DNA of 64,000 bases from Chitinophagaceae bacterium (GCA_025449935.1 JANWIJ010000037.1:2055-66054), one strand, 5' to 3'; positions 39,036 to 49,834 are shown, counted from the stretch's first letter. The notes: generated by a model from the sequence alone, not told the origin. Numbers and translations are program-made.

Positions 39036-40271
39036 TTACATCCTCAGCACCTTTATTATTGCTTCCGCCTTCAGTAGGCACTCCTCCCATTCCTGTTCCG
39101 GGTTGCTGTGAAAGGTAATGCCAGATCCTGCCTGGAAGGATAAATAACGGGAAGAACTGTTATACATAATGCTCCGGATCACCACATTGAAATCAAAATC
39201 ATTTCCGGGCGAGATATACCCTACGGCCCCGGAAAAAATTCCCCTTTTCGTTTGCTCATAGGCTTCAATAAGTTCCATTACCCTCTTTTTGGGGGCTCCG
39301 GTCATGGATCCCATCGGGAAAGTGGCCCGGATGATTTCCGTAAATGTGACTGGTTGCTTCAGGCTGCCGCTAACCGTGGAGATCATCTGGTGAACCTGCG
39401 GGAAAGAATAGATGCCATATAACTCATCCACCCTAATACTTCCTTCTTCACAAACCTTCGCCAGGTCATTCCTGACGAGGTCTACCACCATTACATTTTC
39501 GGAACGATCCTTGGCGCTAACGAGCAATTCTTTTTTACTCTGTTCGTCTTTTTCTTCATCACCGGCTACCCGCTTTGATGTTCCTTTAATGGGTTGAGAT
39601 AAAATTCTATTCCCCTGTTTCCTGAGAAATCTTTCGGGGCTGGCGCAGATCAACCAGGTATTTTCCAGCCGGTATAAAGCAGAAAAAGGATTGGGTGAGA
39701 TCCTGCCGAGTTCTTTATAAATACTCAACGGATCAACCCGGGCATTTTCAGCAAAAAATTCCTGGCAAAAATTGATCTCGTAACAATCCCCCCGGAGAAT
39801 ATGCTGCCGGAGTTGCTGGATAACTGAAATATACTCCTCCCGGGATAGCCTGCTCCTGATTTCCAATAACGGGGCGCCGCGGAACGCCGACAAATTTTCC
39901 TCCCCGATTTCCTGGAAAACGGTTTCCGGATCTCCGGCTTCAATCTTAATTTCTTTTTCAGATAATCTTATGATCACGGAGGGCTCAAAGAAATACAGAT
40001 CAGGAAACCCGACAGGATCAGGGTGAGAGGAAGAAAGCTGTTCAATCTCGTTTTTCAGGTCATAGCCCAGGTGTCCAAACAGCCAGCCATTCCCCTCCTT
40101 CATAAAAGTATCTAATTGTTGCAGAGCATCGCCGGCCGGGCAGGTAAGTTGTCTCCTGACACCCGCCCCCAGCAGGCACTCCATGGAATGAGTCTCAGAC
40201 TGGTACCGGTGATTGTCCAAAAAACAAAAAGTGTCGAACTTCTTTGTCCAGTTCAACACTTTTTCTTTCAC
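39036..40271 (-). CDS. pabB: Chorismate-binding enzyme (aminodeoxychorismate synthase component I / anthranilate synthase family)
   Basis: GDCYEIN, SPERFL, PIKGT, ENVMVVDLVRNDL, FPMGSMTGAPK and NVVIRS motifs. Confidence 0.85.
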   Translation of the reverse strand: MKEKVLNWTKKFDTFCFLDNHRYQSETHSMECLLGAGVRRQLTCPAGDALQQLDTFMKEGNGWLFGHLGYDLKNEIEQLSSSHPDPVGFPDLYFFEPSVIIRLSEKEIKIEAGDPETVFQEIGEENLSAFRGAPLLEIRSRLSREEYISVIQQLRQHILRGDCYEINFCQEFFAENARVDPLSIYKELGRISPNPFSALYRLENTWLICASPERFLRKQGNRILSQPIKGTSKRVAGDEEKDEQSKKELLVSAKDRSENVMVVDLVRNDLAKVCEEGSIRVDELYGIYSFPQVHQMISTVSGSLKQPVTFTEIIRATFPMGSMTGAPKKRVMELIEAYEQTKRGIFSGAVGYISPGNDFDFNVVIRSIMYNSSSRYLSFQAGSGITFHSNPEQEWEECLLKAEAIIKVLRM

Positions 40272-40346
40272 CTGTTCAAAATCACTGATACTAAATGTGC
40301 AGGTAGTAATGGCGCTGTTTTTATGATTTTATCGCGGTAGGTTTAT

Positions 40347-40793
40347 TTAATAATCTTCTTCTTCATCCTCGTCATAATCCTTTTCATTGAAAAGGTCTTT
40401 AAATTCGTCATCCTCGAATTTGAAATCGTCATCCTCACCCCCTTTCTTGGTAGTGCCCGCTGCTTTTTTACCGGTGGATTTTGGAATATCAAATTCATCA
40501 AAATCAGGATCCCACTCTTCTTCTTCCTCGGGCTTTTCCCAATCATCCGGTGCATCTTCGCCTTCTTCCTCTTCTTCATCATCATCTTTTCCTTTCTTAG
40601 ATGAAGGGGAAGCCTTTCCCGCTTTTTTAGGTACAGGAGTAGTTTCTGCATCATCATCCACGAGATCGTCCTCATCATCTTCTTCCCCGGGTTGCTTCCT
40701 GGGCTTAGAAGGTAATTTCTTATCCGCATCCTTGCCGGATTCCAGATTAGTTTTACCTGAGGGTTTTTTTTCCTTACCAGATTTAGATGTCAT
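40347..40793 (-). CDS. Low-complexity protein with alternating Lys-rich and Asp/Glu-rich blocks
   Basis: 148-aa ORF between purA and pabB in the same orientation. The other open frames here are explained by its repetitive codons. Confidence 0.8.
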   Translation of the reverse strand: MTSKSGKEKKPSGKTNLESGKDADKKLPSKPRKQPGEEDDEDDLVDDDAETTPVPKKAGKASPSSKKGKDDDEEEEEGEDAPDDWEKPEEEEEWDPDFDEFDIPKSTGKKAAGTTKKGGEDDDFKFEDDEFKDLFNEKDYDEDEEEDY

Positions 40794-40879
40794 AGTCTAA
40801 CAGGATTATGTCTGTAAAATTTCAGCGAAGTTTTTAATCCGCCAAATTTTTAAAATGTTTTTTTTGGTTAATAATTCGT

Positions 40880-42148
40880 TTATTGATCCACCTTTATAAT
40901 CTGGTCTCTTCCCGGGCCGTTCGAGATAAAATGGATGTTGACGCCCAGGTATTCATTGATAAAGTTAACATATGTCTTCATTGTTTCAGGAAGTTCTGCA
41001 TAAGATTTTACGGCGCTGGCATGCGTATTCCAGCCTTTAAAACTCCGGTATATGGGTTCGGGCTTCTGCCTGTCCATCTGGAAGGGGATTTCACTGGTTT
41101 CTTCCCCATTTACCTTATACCGGGTACAAACCTGCAATTCCTTAAACGCATCCAGCACATCAGCTTTTGTCATTACTATTTTGGTCACGCCGTTAATCAT
41201 ACAGGCAAACTGAAGTGCGACCAGGTCAATCCAGCCGCAGCGCCGCGGGCGCCCCGTAGTTGCCCCGAATTCGTTGCCGATCTTTCGTAGTTGTTCTCCT
41301 GTTTCATTCTCCAGCTCTGTTGGAAACGGCCCCCCGCCGACCCGGGTACAATAGGCTTTTGTTACCCCTATTACATCCCGGATTTGCTGGGGTGCTACAC
41401 CAAGACCGCTGCAGACCCCTGCCGAAATGGTATTGGATGAAGTAACATAGGGGAAAGTTCCAAAATCAATATCGAGCATACTCCCCTGTGCCCCTTCGGC
41501 AAGCACTTTTTTACCGGCTTTTATATGATCATTAATAAAATATTCCCCATTCACAATATTCAATTCTTTCAAGAATTCCAGCGCTTCAAAAAATTCCTCT
41601 TCCCAGGCAGATATCTCCTCCTGGAAATTAAAATTGTCCAGTAACCGCTGGTGTTTTAAACGCAGTTTGATATAGGCCGTAGTAAAATTCTTATCAAGCA
41701 GGTCTCCCACCCTCAACCCGTTCCGGCCCGTTTTATCCATATAGGTTGGAGCAATTCCTTTTAACGTGGAGCCAATCTTCTGGTTTCCTTTTGACAATTC
41801 AGCAGCCTTATCCAATGCCCGGTGTGTAGGAAGAATCAGGTGTGTACGTTTGGAGATAAAAAGATTTTTTTTCAGGTCTACCCCAAAAGAGACAACCGTA
41901 TCGCATTCTCTCTTTAAAGTAACCGGATCAAGCACAACCCCGTTCCCGATAAGATTGGTCACGCCAGCATGAAAAACTCCGGACGGGATCTGGTGAAGCA
42001 CTACTTTTTTATCCTGGACATATAAAGTGTGGCCCGCATTGGGTCCGCCCTGGAACCGGGCAATCAGGTCATAATCCTTAGCAAAAAAATCAACTATTTT
42101 TCCTTTTCCTTCATCGCCCCATTGGAGGCCTAGTATTACATCTACCAT
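40880..42148 (-). CDS. purA: Adenylosuccinate synthetase
   Basis: GLQWGDEGKGKIVD, GGPNAGHT, EGAQG, PYVTSS and TTGRPRRCGW motifs. Start moved to MVDVIL. Confidence 0.98.
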   Translation of the reverse strand: MVDVILGLQWGDEGKGKIVDFFAKDYDLIARFQGGPNAGHTLYVQDKKVVLHQIPSGVFHAGVTNLIGNGVVLDPVTLKRECDTVVSFGVDLKKNLFISKRTHLILPTHRALDKAAELSKGNQKIGSTLKGIAPTYMDKTGRNGLRVGDLLDKNFTTAYIKLRLKHQRLLDNFNFQEEISAWEEEFFEALEFLKELNIVNGEYFINDHIKAGKKVLAEGAQGSMLDIDFGTFPYVTSSNTISAGVCSGLGVAPQQIRDVIGVTKAYCTRVGGGPFPTELENETGEQLRKIGNEFGATTGRPRRCGWIDLVALQFACMINGVTKIVMTKADVLDAFKELQVCTRYKVNGEETSEIPFQMDRQKPEPIYRSFKGWNTHASAVKSYAELPETMKTYVNFINEYLGVNIHFISNGPGRDQIIKVDQ

Positions 42149-42197
42149 GATTCTGTTATCAGTTATTTTTTCTGCCTCTTTGTAACCGGCGGGCTTG

Positions 42198-42223
42198 CCT
42201 GTCCCGGCTTTAGCCAGGGCAGG
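42198..42223. repeat. REP-like hairpin CCTGTCCCGGCTTTAGCCAGGGCAGG in the purA 5' leader
   Basis: Imperfect palindrome right after a minus-strand TATTTTTG (42225-42232). Shares its TGTCCCG arm with the hairpins at 19151 and 57554. Confidence 0.55.
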
Positions 42224-42241
42224 GCAAAAATACGGGTTCAC

Positions 42242-42270
42242 AAAAAAGCCACCGAATTAAATCCGGTGGC
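42242..42270 (-). terminator. Intrinsic terminator for the T9SS cargo gene
   Basis: GCCACCG-N9-CGGTGGC with a minus-strand T6 tract. Confidence 0.8.
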
Positions 42271-42304
42271 CAATTGACTATTTTATACACTAAAAAAATA
42301 CTTA

Positions 42305-45277
42305 TTACCGTATCAGGGTGACTACCCCTTTCTTCGTGATTACTTTATTTTCATTCGTAATAACTTCCACGATCCAAACATAGGTGCCCGTTGACTGTTC
42401 TGCCCCCTGTATCTTTCCATCCCACCCGTCATGCAGGCGGGTTGTGGAAAAAATCATTTGCCCCCAGCGGTTAAAGACCCGGAAATAATTCATGGTTTTA
42501 ATACCCACGGGGAAAGGTGTGAGCCGGTCATTCTTTCCATCGTTATTGGGGGTGAACCCTGTCGGTACATAAATATCGGGGCCTTTATAAACTTTTACCG
42601 TTACATACCCGAAGCCTTTACAACCGGCAACTGTGGAAGTGGTCACCTGGTATTGCACCAGATCACCTACCGCCCCGGCAGTAACGATCGGGTTGGCAAC
42701 CCCCGGGTTACTCAGACCAATAGCGGGTGACCAGGAATAATTTATCACATCCGTATCAGACGGAATGGCCAGTAACTGGAACTGATCACCATTATAAGCC
42801 ACCGTATCAAAAGGGAATGTTTTTACCTTAATCGGCGGCGTTACATCCAGTTTCATATCGTCGGTGGTAAGAGAAGCACATCCGTTCAGATCAGAGAGAA
42901 TACTTAATGTATAAACCATATCTTTTGGCGCAGAAGATACAGCACCCGGTAACTGGGCATTGTCCAGGTAAGTGGAGGGCGACCAGGAATATTGCGTACC
43001 CCCGGAAGCCTGCAACTGGTAGGTTTGACCGTAACAAATAAAGCCATCAGGACCAGCATTGGGAACAGGGGCCGCATTTACATTTACAATAACAGTATCG
43101 TTGACACTGCAGCGGCCCAGTGTGGCAGTTACCACATATTGTGTAGTGACTGGTGGACTGGCAACAGGATTATAAATAGCTGCATTGCTTAACCCCGCAG
43201 CGGGGGTCCACGCATACACTGTTCCAGTAGAGGTTAACTGCAATTGCGTTGAAGTTCCTTCACAAATTGTGGGATCGGTTTGCGGTGTAAAAGAAAGATT
43301 ATTATTCAGGCCTACGGTGGTTGGGAACGAGGTGCTGCATCCGAGGTTATCTTTTACGGTGATGGTATAATTGCCCGGGCCCACATTGAATGTATTGGAA
43401 GCCTGGAACGTAACCCCATCTATTGAATATTGATAACCGGTATTTCCGCCACTGGCGGTAACCGTGATAATTCCGTCGTTCCCTCCATCACAACTGGCAT
43501 TGGTATTTGCTGAAAAAGCATTCAGGACTGCAGGTTCAGTTACGATAATTGTCTGTGTTGCAGGACAATTGTTCGCATCCCTTATAAAAATGGTATAGCT
43601 CCCGGCCGTAACGTTAAAAATATTGCTGCTTTGCCAGGTTATTCCATCGAGTGAGTATTGGTAAGCTGGTGTGCCCCCACCCGCTGTGACGGTAATGATG
43701 CCATTGCCCTGGCCATTACAAACTGCGGCTGTGGAGGAAACAGTGGCGGCAAGAACAGTTGGCTCATTGATGGTAATGGATTGTGATCCCTGGCACCCGT
43801 TACTTTCGCGGTAATAAGCGGTATAGGTACCGGCAGGCAAGCCGTTAAATACATTACTGCTTTGCCAGGTAATACCATCTAATGAGTATTCATAGGGAGC
43901 TGTTCCTGCAGAAGGTTGTGCAACCGTGATAGTACCCGTTGGCGTCCCGTTGCACAGTGCATCTGTTTTACTTACCGTGGTGGTTAGTGGAGGGCCAGCA
44001 ACAACCGTAACAGGTAAGGAAGGTGAAATACATCCAAAAGCATCGTAAACCACTACTGTATGTGGTCCCGCAGGCACATTTATAAATGTATAAGGAGCAG
44101 GTCCTGCAACAGCCGGAGCTCCATCGAGCGAATAAGTATAGGGAGCCGTACCGGTTAGCGGTGTTACCGTTATCGTGCCGTTGCTGGCGCCGTTACAGGT
44201 TGTTCCCGAAGCCGCCGCCGTGGCATCCATGGTGGTTAGGTTAATTGTAATGGTGTCTAAGCTGATAATTTGTAAGGCCGGGTTATCACAGGCAGTGTAG
44301 GTAGTTCTGACTACGAAATTTGTTGAACTCCCGGCAACACAAATATTCGGAAAATTCAAATCCAGCAAGCCCGGGGTTGTATTAGCCGAAGTTGCCGTGG
44401 CCACCGTTGCACCGGCCATGGTCAAAAGCTCTGACGACAGGAATCTTGACGGTCCTGCTGACGGTATGAATTTGTATCCTGTATTATTTTCACTCCAGAA
44501 CGTGTTGTTTTTTCCGGGGGCAGCGATGGCCTGGTCCCGGTTCCAGTTTTGTATTCCAAGGATGGCTCTTCCTGCATTGGTGGAGGAAGCACAGGCTTTT
44601 TGTTCAAAAAAAATCTCGATGATGCCGGTGGATTCATGAATGACCATTTGAAAGGTGTTAGCTGGTACCGGGCAACTGGCTCCGTACACACCCACCTGGT
44701 AATAACTGACGATAAACTTCCTGCAGGGCGCTGTACCTACCACTTCCCATTGAATTTTTCTTGAGGAAGGAGTATTACTGGGATCGAGATCTGAATAAGC
44801 TCCCATAATGGAAGCCCGCGGATAATAAGTCCCAAACTGCTGACAAATGGATCCGAGGGCATAAGGAATAACCTGGTCGATAGTATAGGCATTGGCGCAG
44901 GAAGCATTTGCCGGGTCAAACGTCATAATCCCGTTTGATCCCACCACTGCAGTTGTATAATTAGCCCCGTAAAAACAAAAAGTAAAAGGAAGGTTTACGA
45001 GGAAACTGTAACGGTCATCATTATATAAAAGGGGGTCTTGTGTGCCCGTTGGTGTATTGTAAGCATATGGCGTATAGGGCACCGAAATCAATGTATAATC
45101 AGAAGATGACCGGATGTCGGGGATCTGAACATTAATATCTGCACAAAGCTGGGTACAGGAGCGGTTAATTACAAGCCCGTTGAGGTTGGTGGGAATACAA
45201 TTCTGCGCATTAAGGGTGCCGGAAAAATTCAGAAAAAAGCCCGTTGCCACAATAAGCCCAAACAGTTTTAATCTCAT
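42305..45277 (-). CDS. T9SS type-B cargo surface protein with SprB-like repeats
   Basis: Signal peptide, four YS(L/I)DG repeats (three with W/FQ.SN.F), and C-terminal IYVPTGFTPNNDGKND..FNRWG..GTYVW (gliding-motility-associated CTD). Confidence 0.92.
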   Translation of the reverse strand: MRLKLFGLIVATGFFLNFSGTLNAQNCIPTNLNGLVINRSCTQLCADINVQIPDIRSSSDYTLISVPYTPYAYNTPTGTQDPLLYNDDRYSFLVNLPFTFCFYGANYTTAVVGSNGIMTFDPANASCANAYTIDQVIPYALGSICQQFGTYYPRASIMGAYSDLDPSNTPSSRKIQWEVVGTAPCRKFIVSYYQVGVYGASCPVPANTFQMVIHESTGIIEIFFEQKACASSTNAGRAILGIQNWNRDQAIAAPGKNNTFWSENNTGYKFIPSAGPSRFLSSELLTMAGATVATATSANTTPGLLDLNFPNICVAGSSTNFVVRTTYTACDNPALQIISLDTITINLTTMDATAAASGTTCNGASNGTITVTPLTGTAPYTYSLDGAPAVAGPAPYTFINVPAGPHTVVVYDAFGCISPSLPVTVVAGPPLTTTVSKTDALCNGTPTGTITVAQPSAGTAPYEYSLDGITWQSSNVFNGLPAGTYTAYYRESNGCQGSQSITINEPTVLAATVSSTAAVCNGQGNGIITVTAGGGTPAYQYSLDGITWQSSNIFNVTAGSYTIFIRDANNCPATQTIIVTEPAVLNAFSANTNASCDGGNDGIITVTASGGNTGYQYSIDGVTFQASNTFNVGPGNYTITVKDNLGCSTSFPTTVGLNNNLSFTPQTDPTICEGTSTQLQLTSTGTVYAWTPAAGLSNAAIYNPVASPPVTTQYVVTATLGRCSVNDTVIVNVNAAPVPNAGPDGFICYGQTYQLQASGGTQYSWSPSTYLDNAQLPGAVSSAPKDMVYTLSILSDLNGCASLTTDDMKLDVTPPIKVKTFPFDTVAYNGDQFQLLAIPSDTDVINYSWSPAIGLSNPGVANPIVTAGAVGDLVQYQVTTSTVAGCKGFGYVTVKVYKGPDIYVPTGFTPNNDGKNDRLTPFPVGIKTMNYFRVFNRWGQMIFSTTRLHDGWDGKIQGAEQSTGTYVWIVEVITNENKVITKKGVVTLIR

Positions 45278-45507
45278 ATAAAGTGTGCAGTTATAAAGCT
45301 AAAATCAGGTGCAAAACAGGGCAACAAGTTAAGTAAATTATTGCGTAAGCCTGCCTTTTCATGCCACTGATTTTAAGCCGAACCAGCTAACCTTATCGTA
45401 GTTTTTCGTTCGCCGTTCCCACACAGCTGCATCATTGTATAGCTGTAACCTGATATAACAAGACCTCCCGGTGGAGGAGGTCCTGTTGAATTGCATAACC
45501 CATTTTT

Positions 45508-46836
45508 CTATTCATTCGCCGGACGGGGAAACTCAGTCCATACATCATCTCCGGCACGGTCGATTGGTAAAGTATTCAGCCGGTTGTAACGGCGCATATC
45601 AATCCAGCGATGACCTTCGCCATACAGAGAATACCTTCTTTGCTTCAGCATTTCATCAATCAACGCTGCCTGTGTTACCAGGCCGGCATAATTGACCAGG
45701 CCGGCCGCATTTCGAATCTTATTGAGGGCCGTAATCGCGTCATTGAGGTTGCTGGCCCCTCCTAATTGAATTTTTGCTTCAGCATAAATCAGCAGCAATT
45801 CTTCATTGCGGATGATAGGTATCCGGGTTGTATTGGTCGGGTAAACAAAGAAATCGTAACTGCTGGTCAATCCATCCTGCGTGGTAGAGGAGGTTCGGGC
45901 CGGCGTTTTTGATAACCTGTTATCGCCTGCCTCAGCATTTGTGATAAAGGCAGGCTGCGCTACCCTGGTCTCCCCGCTTGAATTTTGCGGAAAGAACATC
46001 GGGTTAAGCTGATCACCTCCCGCTGTTGAATAAGTATAAAAGGCTCCGTTGGTCAGCGGACCATTGATATTAAAAAAAGAGTTGGTCAATGCCGTTAATG
46101 CCCCGTTCCAGTCTCCCTTATATACCGATACCCTGGCTGCCAGCGCCCGGTTAAACTGGGCAAAACTTCCTGCTGTATTGCCAAATAAAGTAGAAGTAAA
46201 CGGAAAGGATACTGCCGCGTTGGCGCTAAGGTCGGTGTAAGCGCTGTTCAATAACCCCAGGATCGCATCCAGGGATTGATCCTTTGATAAAAAAGGTCCT
46301 AATGCATCCGGGTTGGCTACATCTACGCGGATTCCATTGTTATATTGAAGGTTAAGTACCATCAGTAATTCATGTGCCTGGATAGTAGTTGCATAGGCTT
46401 TGCCAATCGTTTTCTGGGCCGCTGAAATGCTGGCGGAGGTATTGGTTAACCCGGCCAGCAGGATATTGGTATTTTTTACAACCCGGTATCTTGCCGCGAA
46501 AGGATTGGTCGTATAAAATGTATTGTTATCCAGCGTGGCTGTTCCTTTCCCAAGCAAATCAGAAGTGAACCTTGGATCTGAAGTTGAGAACCGGAAAAAC
46601 TCGCGCCCAATTACACCCACATCATCCCAGTAGAAAGCCATCGCGTCCCGCATAGCCGACTCAGTGCCGGTTACCAGGTTTTGTATCTCCCCCAGGGTGG
46701 GATTATCAGAAATAGGATCCAATCCCGGGTTATTGGGATCCTCGATGGGATCCACTTTACAGGATGCCCACAATAACAGCAATGGTAATATGCCCATTAC
46801 AGTTATCCAGCTTTTTATTTGATTAGTATATTTCAT
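45508..46836 (-). CDS. RagB/SusD-family outer-membrane lipoprotein
   Basis: Lipobox LWASC, IIRNEELLLIYAEA and QRRYSLYGEGHRWIDMRR motifs. Directly downstream of the SusC gene. Confidence 0.93.
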   Translation of the reverse strand: MKYTNQIKSWITVMGILPLLLLWASCKVDPIEDPNNPGLDPISDNPTLGEIQNLVTGTESAMRDAMAFYWDDVGVIGREFFRFSTSDPRFTSDLLGKGTATLDNNTFYTTNPFAARYRVVKNTNILLAGLTNTSASISAAQKTIGKAYATTIQAHELLMVLNLQYNNGIRVDVANPDALGPFLSKDQSLDAILGLLNSAYTDLSANAAVSFPFTSTLFGNTAGSFAQFNRALAARVSVYKGDWNGALTALTNSFFNINGPLTNGAFYTYSTAGGDQLNPMFFPQNSSGETRVAQPAFITNAEAGDNRLSKTPARTSSTTQDGLTSSYDFFVYPTNTTRIPIIRNEELLLIYAEAKIQLGGASNLNDAITALNKIRNAAGLVNYAGLVTQAALIDEMLKQRRYSLYGEGHRWIDMRRYNRLNTLPIDRAGDDVWTEFPRPANE

Positions 46837-46876
46837 AAATGTCTTTTTTATCGGATGAAGAATACTGAATTAATTA

Positions 46877-49834
46877 TTAAAAATTAACGGTGATCTCGAA
46901 GTTGAAACTCTTGGCCGAAGGAAAAGGTGTTACTTCCACGTTGCTGGAAATAGCATTGGAACCAAAGTTGCTGACTTCAGGATCATAACTGTTGTACTTG
47001 AACTTATTGATCAGGTTACGACCGGAAAAGGCCAGTTTAACATCGGCTACATTTTTGAACCAGGATTTGGGAAGACGATAGCTTAGTCCAATTTCCCGCA
47101 CCCTGAAATATCCGGCATCTTCAACCCAGGGTCTTGCTGTAGTTCCCAGTGCATTCAGGCGGAACGGCCCGTTTGCCATGGCGCCGGTGGGATCAATCGT
47201 TGTTTCATCATAATCGGGAGAAGTACCAAATATATCAGACAACAAAGTGGAAAGATTAATATTCTCACCGCCCTGTTTCCAATGCATCAATACAGAAAAC
47301 TCCCAGTTCTTATAAGTCAGGTTCTCCACGAATGACATTTGAAAATCCGGTTCCGCATCACCAAAAATGCCAAGCCCCGATTCTGCATCTGTTTTGTCCC
47401 CGGGACCGGGTATACCTACAATTTGTGTCGGGCTCTTCCCTTTCTGTATCCGGTAGGTGCCCAGGGTAGCGCCAAAAGCACCCGTGTTGAAAGCGGGCAC
47501 ATCGAGTTGTGTCACTTCGGCGTTGTTTTTCCAGAAGTTTACCTGTGAGGTCCATTTCCACTCCCTGTTCATCAGGGGAATTGCATTCAACCCGATTTCA
47601 ATTCCTTTATTCTGAATAGTGGCTACGTTTCTCCAGGCAGTAGTAAACCCGGAAGATGTTGGTATCTGAACATTCAATATCAGGTCTTCTACTTTTTTCC
47701 TGTAATAGGTAAATTCAAGATTAACCCGGCTCTTTAGAATACCCAGGTCCAGTCCGGTTTCGAGCTCACTTTGTTTTTCCGGGCTCAGTAATTCATTTCC
47801 CTGCACAAGACCGATGATGGATCCCGTGCTGCCATTGAATACGGCAGGTACCAGGGGTGTATATATGGCGCCAAAAGGAGCAAAATTACCTGACTGTCCA
47901 TAGGCGACTCTTAGTTTCAACTGGTTGATCATATCAGATTTCCAGGAGGATAACTGGTGAATGTTAAGTGCGGCAGATGCTTTGGGATAATAATATAATT
48001 TATTCGCATCGCCATTCCGGGATGATTTATCCCCTCGGATCCCGACAGTCGCTATAACAATATCACTATAATTAAATTCTTCCTGCGCAAAAAAACCGCG
48101 GTCTTTTTGCAAAGCCCTGGCCTGGTCTACCTGTACGGCGCCCGCCTGGTTAACATTGGTCTGCGTACCAATAAGCTGCGTAGCCGTGGTTAGTACGTTA
48201 TTGATATTGATGTTCTCTTCTGTAACACCGGCCTGTGTACGGAAATTCATCCTGTTATTGGGTATGAATTCATGCACAGCAAAAAAACTATAGTTGTTGT
48301 TCCGGGTAATGGTGGTGCCATAAATAGAAGCGCCATTGGTACCATTACCATCTTTTTCAAATTGAAGCTCCCGTGGAAAAATAGCAAGGGTATTGAGGGT
48401 GTAGTGATCGATACCCCCGCGGGCAATCAATTTCAGATCGTTTCGGGTATTTTGAAAAACTTTCCAGGTGGCTGTACCTCCCACGAGGGTGCGGTTCACT
48501 TTTTCCTTATTGGTGATCAGGTCGCGGGTTTGCACAAAATTGGAAGGTGCAAAAGGATTGTTTGGATAATTACCATTTGCGTCAGGATAAAGATTGGCCC
48601 AGGAAGGCGTGGAAACAAATGATACACCCAGGGTGGTGCTGGTATTATCATTATTAAAGTAACCCCGGTCGGCTTCTGACTCAATATAGTTGGCATTCAT
48701 TGATACGTCGAGGAATTTGGCCACTTTCTGGGTCAGGTTTAACCGGAATGATTTTTTCTGATAGCCGGTTCCTTTTACAATTCCTTCATCATCTTTACGG
48801 GTAAACCCGGCATAATAAGAAGTTTTGTCTGAACCGCCGCTCACACTGATCCTGGTGTTATTCATCAGGCCATCATTGCCATAAAGTTCCTCTTCATAAT
48901 CATATATTTTTTTCCCGTTTGCAATATAATAAGCAAGCCCGTTTGCCCCGAACGCAGCCTGCACTTTGGCATCGTCCCATTGGCGCTGGCCCAGTTTTCT
49001 CAATTGCTTCTGCACACCAATTGAATGGGAAAGTTCAACCCGGGGACTGCCGGTCCTTCCCTTCTTGGTAGTAATAATAACCACTCCCCCTGCAGCTCTC
49101 GATCCGTAAATGGCTGCAGCGGAAGCGCCTTTCAGGATTTCAACCCGCTCAATATCTTCGGGGTCAAGATCTGCGATACGATTGGATGGATTGTCCTGGT
49201 TGGAATTACTACCCTGTCCTGCCGCTTTGGAAATTGTATTTAATCCTCCCGCAATAGATGAGTTATCATAATAAACCCCATCCACGATAAACAGCGGTTG
49301 GGAGTTGGCGACCAGGGAAGTAATGCCCCTTAGCTTAACGGAAATACCTCCGCCTGGTGCCCCGGAATTGGCAGAAATATTGGCCCCCGTGAATTTTCCG
49401 TAAAGTGCCCCGTCAAGTGTTGACTGTTGTGCTGTTCCCACCAGGTCTTTCGCCGTAACTGAAGCAACCGCATTAGCCAGGTTGGCTCTTTTTAAAGAAC
49501 TCGCCAATCCGGTTACCACGACTTCAGTCAGTTTGGTATTATCGGCAACAAGGCTGATTACAATATTATTAACTGCATCCACTGTTTGCATCAGGTACCC
49601 TACAAAACTGACATCCAGTTTTGCATTGCTGCCACTGACAGAGATGGAAAACTTTCCATCCGCATCCGTAGCGGTGTTATTGGTAGTACCTCTTACAGAA
49701 ACAGTTGCTCCCTGTAACGGGTTGCCCGAACCGCTTTCTGTAACCCTGCCATTAATAACAGTTTGCGCCAGCATCCCCGCAGGTAATAATAGGATGGCCA
49801 GCATCACGACGATGTTACTGGATTTGGGTCTCAT
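46877..49834 (-). CDS. SusC/RagA-family TonB-dependent transporter
   Basis: N-terminal carboxypeptidase-like domain, QPLFIVDG, DLDPEDIERVEILKGASAAAIYGSRAAGGVVIITTKKG and C-terminal Phe. Confidence 0.96.
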   Translation of the reverse strand: MRPKSSNIVVMLAILLLPAGMLAQTVINGRVTESGSGNPLQGATVSVRGTTNNTATDADGKFSISVSGSNAKLDVSFVGYLMQTVDAVNNIVISLVADNTKLTEVVVTGLASSLKRANLANAVASVTAKDLVGTAQQSTLDGALYGKFTGANISANSGAPGGGISVKLRGITSLVANSQPLFIVDGVYYDNSSIAGGLNTISKAAGQGSNSNQDNPSNRIADLDPEDIERVEILKGASAAAIYGSRAAGGVVIITTKKGRTGSPRVELSHSIGVQKQLRKLGQRQWDDAKVQAAFGANGLAYYIANGKKIYDYEEELYGNDGLMNNTRISVSGGSDKTSYYAGFTRKDDEGIVKGTGYQKKSFRLNLTQKVAKFLDVSMNANYIESEADRGYFNNDNTSTTLGVSFVSTPSWANLYPDANGNYPNNPFAPSNFVQTRDLITNKEKVNRTLVGGTATWKVFQNTRNDLKLIARGGIDHYTLNTLAIFPRELQFEKDGNGTNGASIYGTTITRNNNYSFFAVHEFIPNNRMNFRTQAGVTEENININNVLTTATQLIGTQTNVNQAGAVQVDQARALQKDRGFFAQEEFNYSDIVIATVGIRGDKSSRNGDANKLYYYPKASAALNIHQLSSWKSDMINQLKLRVAYGQSGNFAPFGAIYTPLVPAVFNGSTGSIIGLVQGNELLSPEKQSELETGLDLGILKSRVNLEFTYYRKKVEDLILNVQIPTSSGFTTAWRNVATIQNKGIEIGLNAIPLMNREWKWTSQVNFWKNNAEVTQLDVPAFNTGAFGATLGTYRIQKGKSPTQIVGIPGPGDKTDAESGLGIFGDAEPDFQMSFVENLTYKNWEFSVLMHWKQGGENINLSTLLSDIFGTSPDYDETTIDPTGAMANGPFRLNALGTTARPWVEDAGYFRVREIGLSYRLPKSWFKNVADVKLAFSGRNLINKFKYNSYDPEVSNFGSNAISSNVEVTPFPSAKSFNFEITVNF

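Noticed and set aside
40343-40800. Open frames on both strands over the acidic protein (128 aa and 137 aa)
   Set aside because: Explained by repetitive GAT/GAA/GAC codons, which leave other frames free of stops.
42149-42241. N-terminal extension of PurA (..CPALAKAG..)
   Set aside because: It spans the predicted promoter and leader hairpin; the PurA family start is MVDVILGLQWGDEGKG.
43370-44150. Repeated DNA segments in the T9SS cargo gene as a CRISPR-like or mobile repeat
   Set aside because: They are in-frame SprB-type protein repeats, not spaced identical direct repeats.
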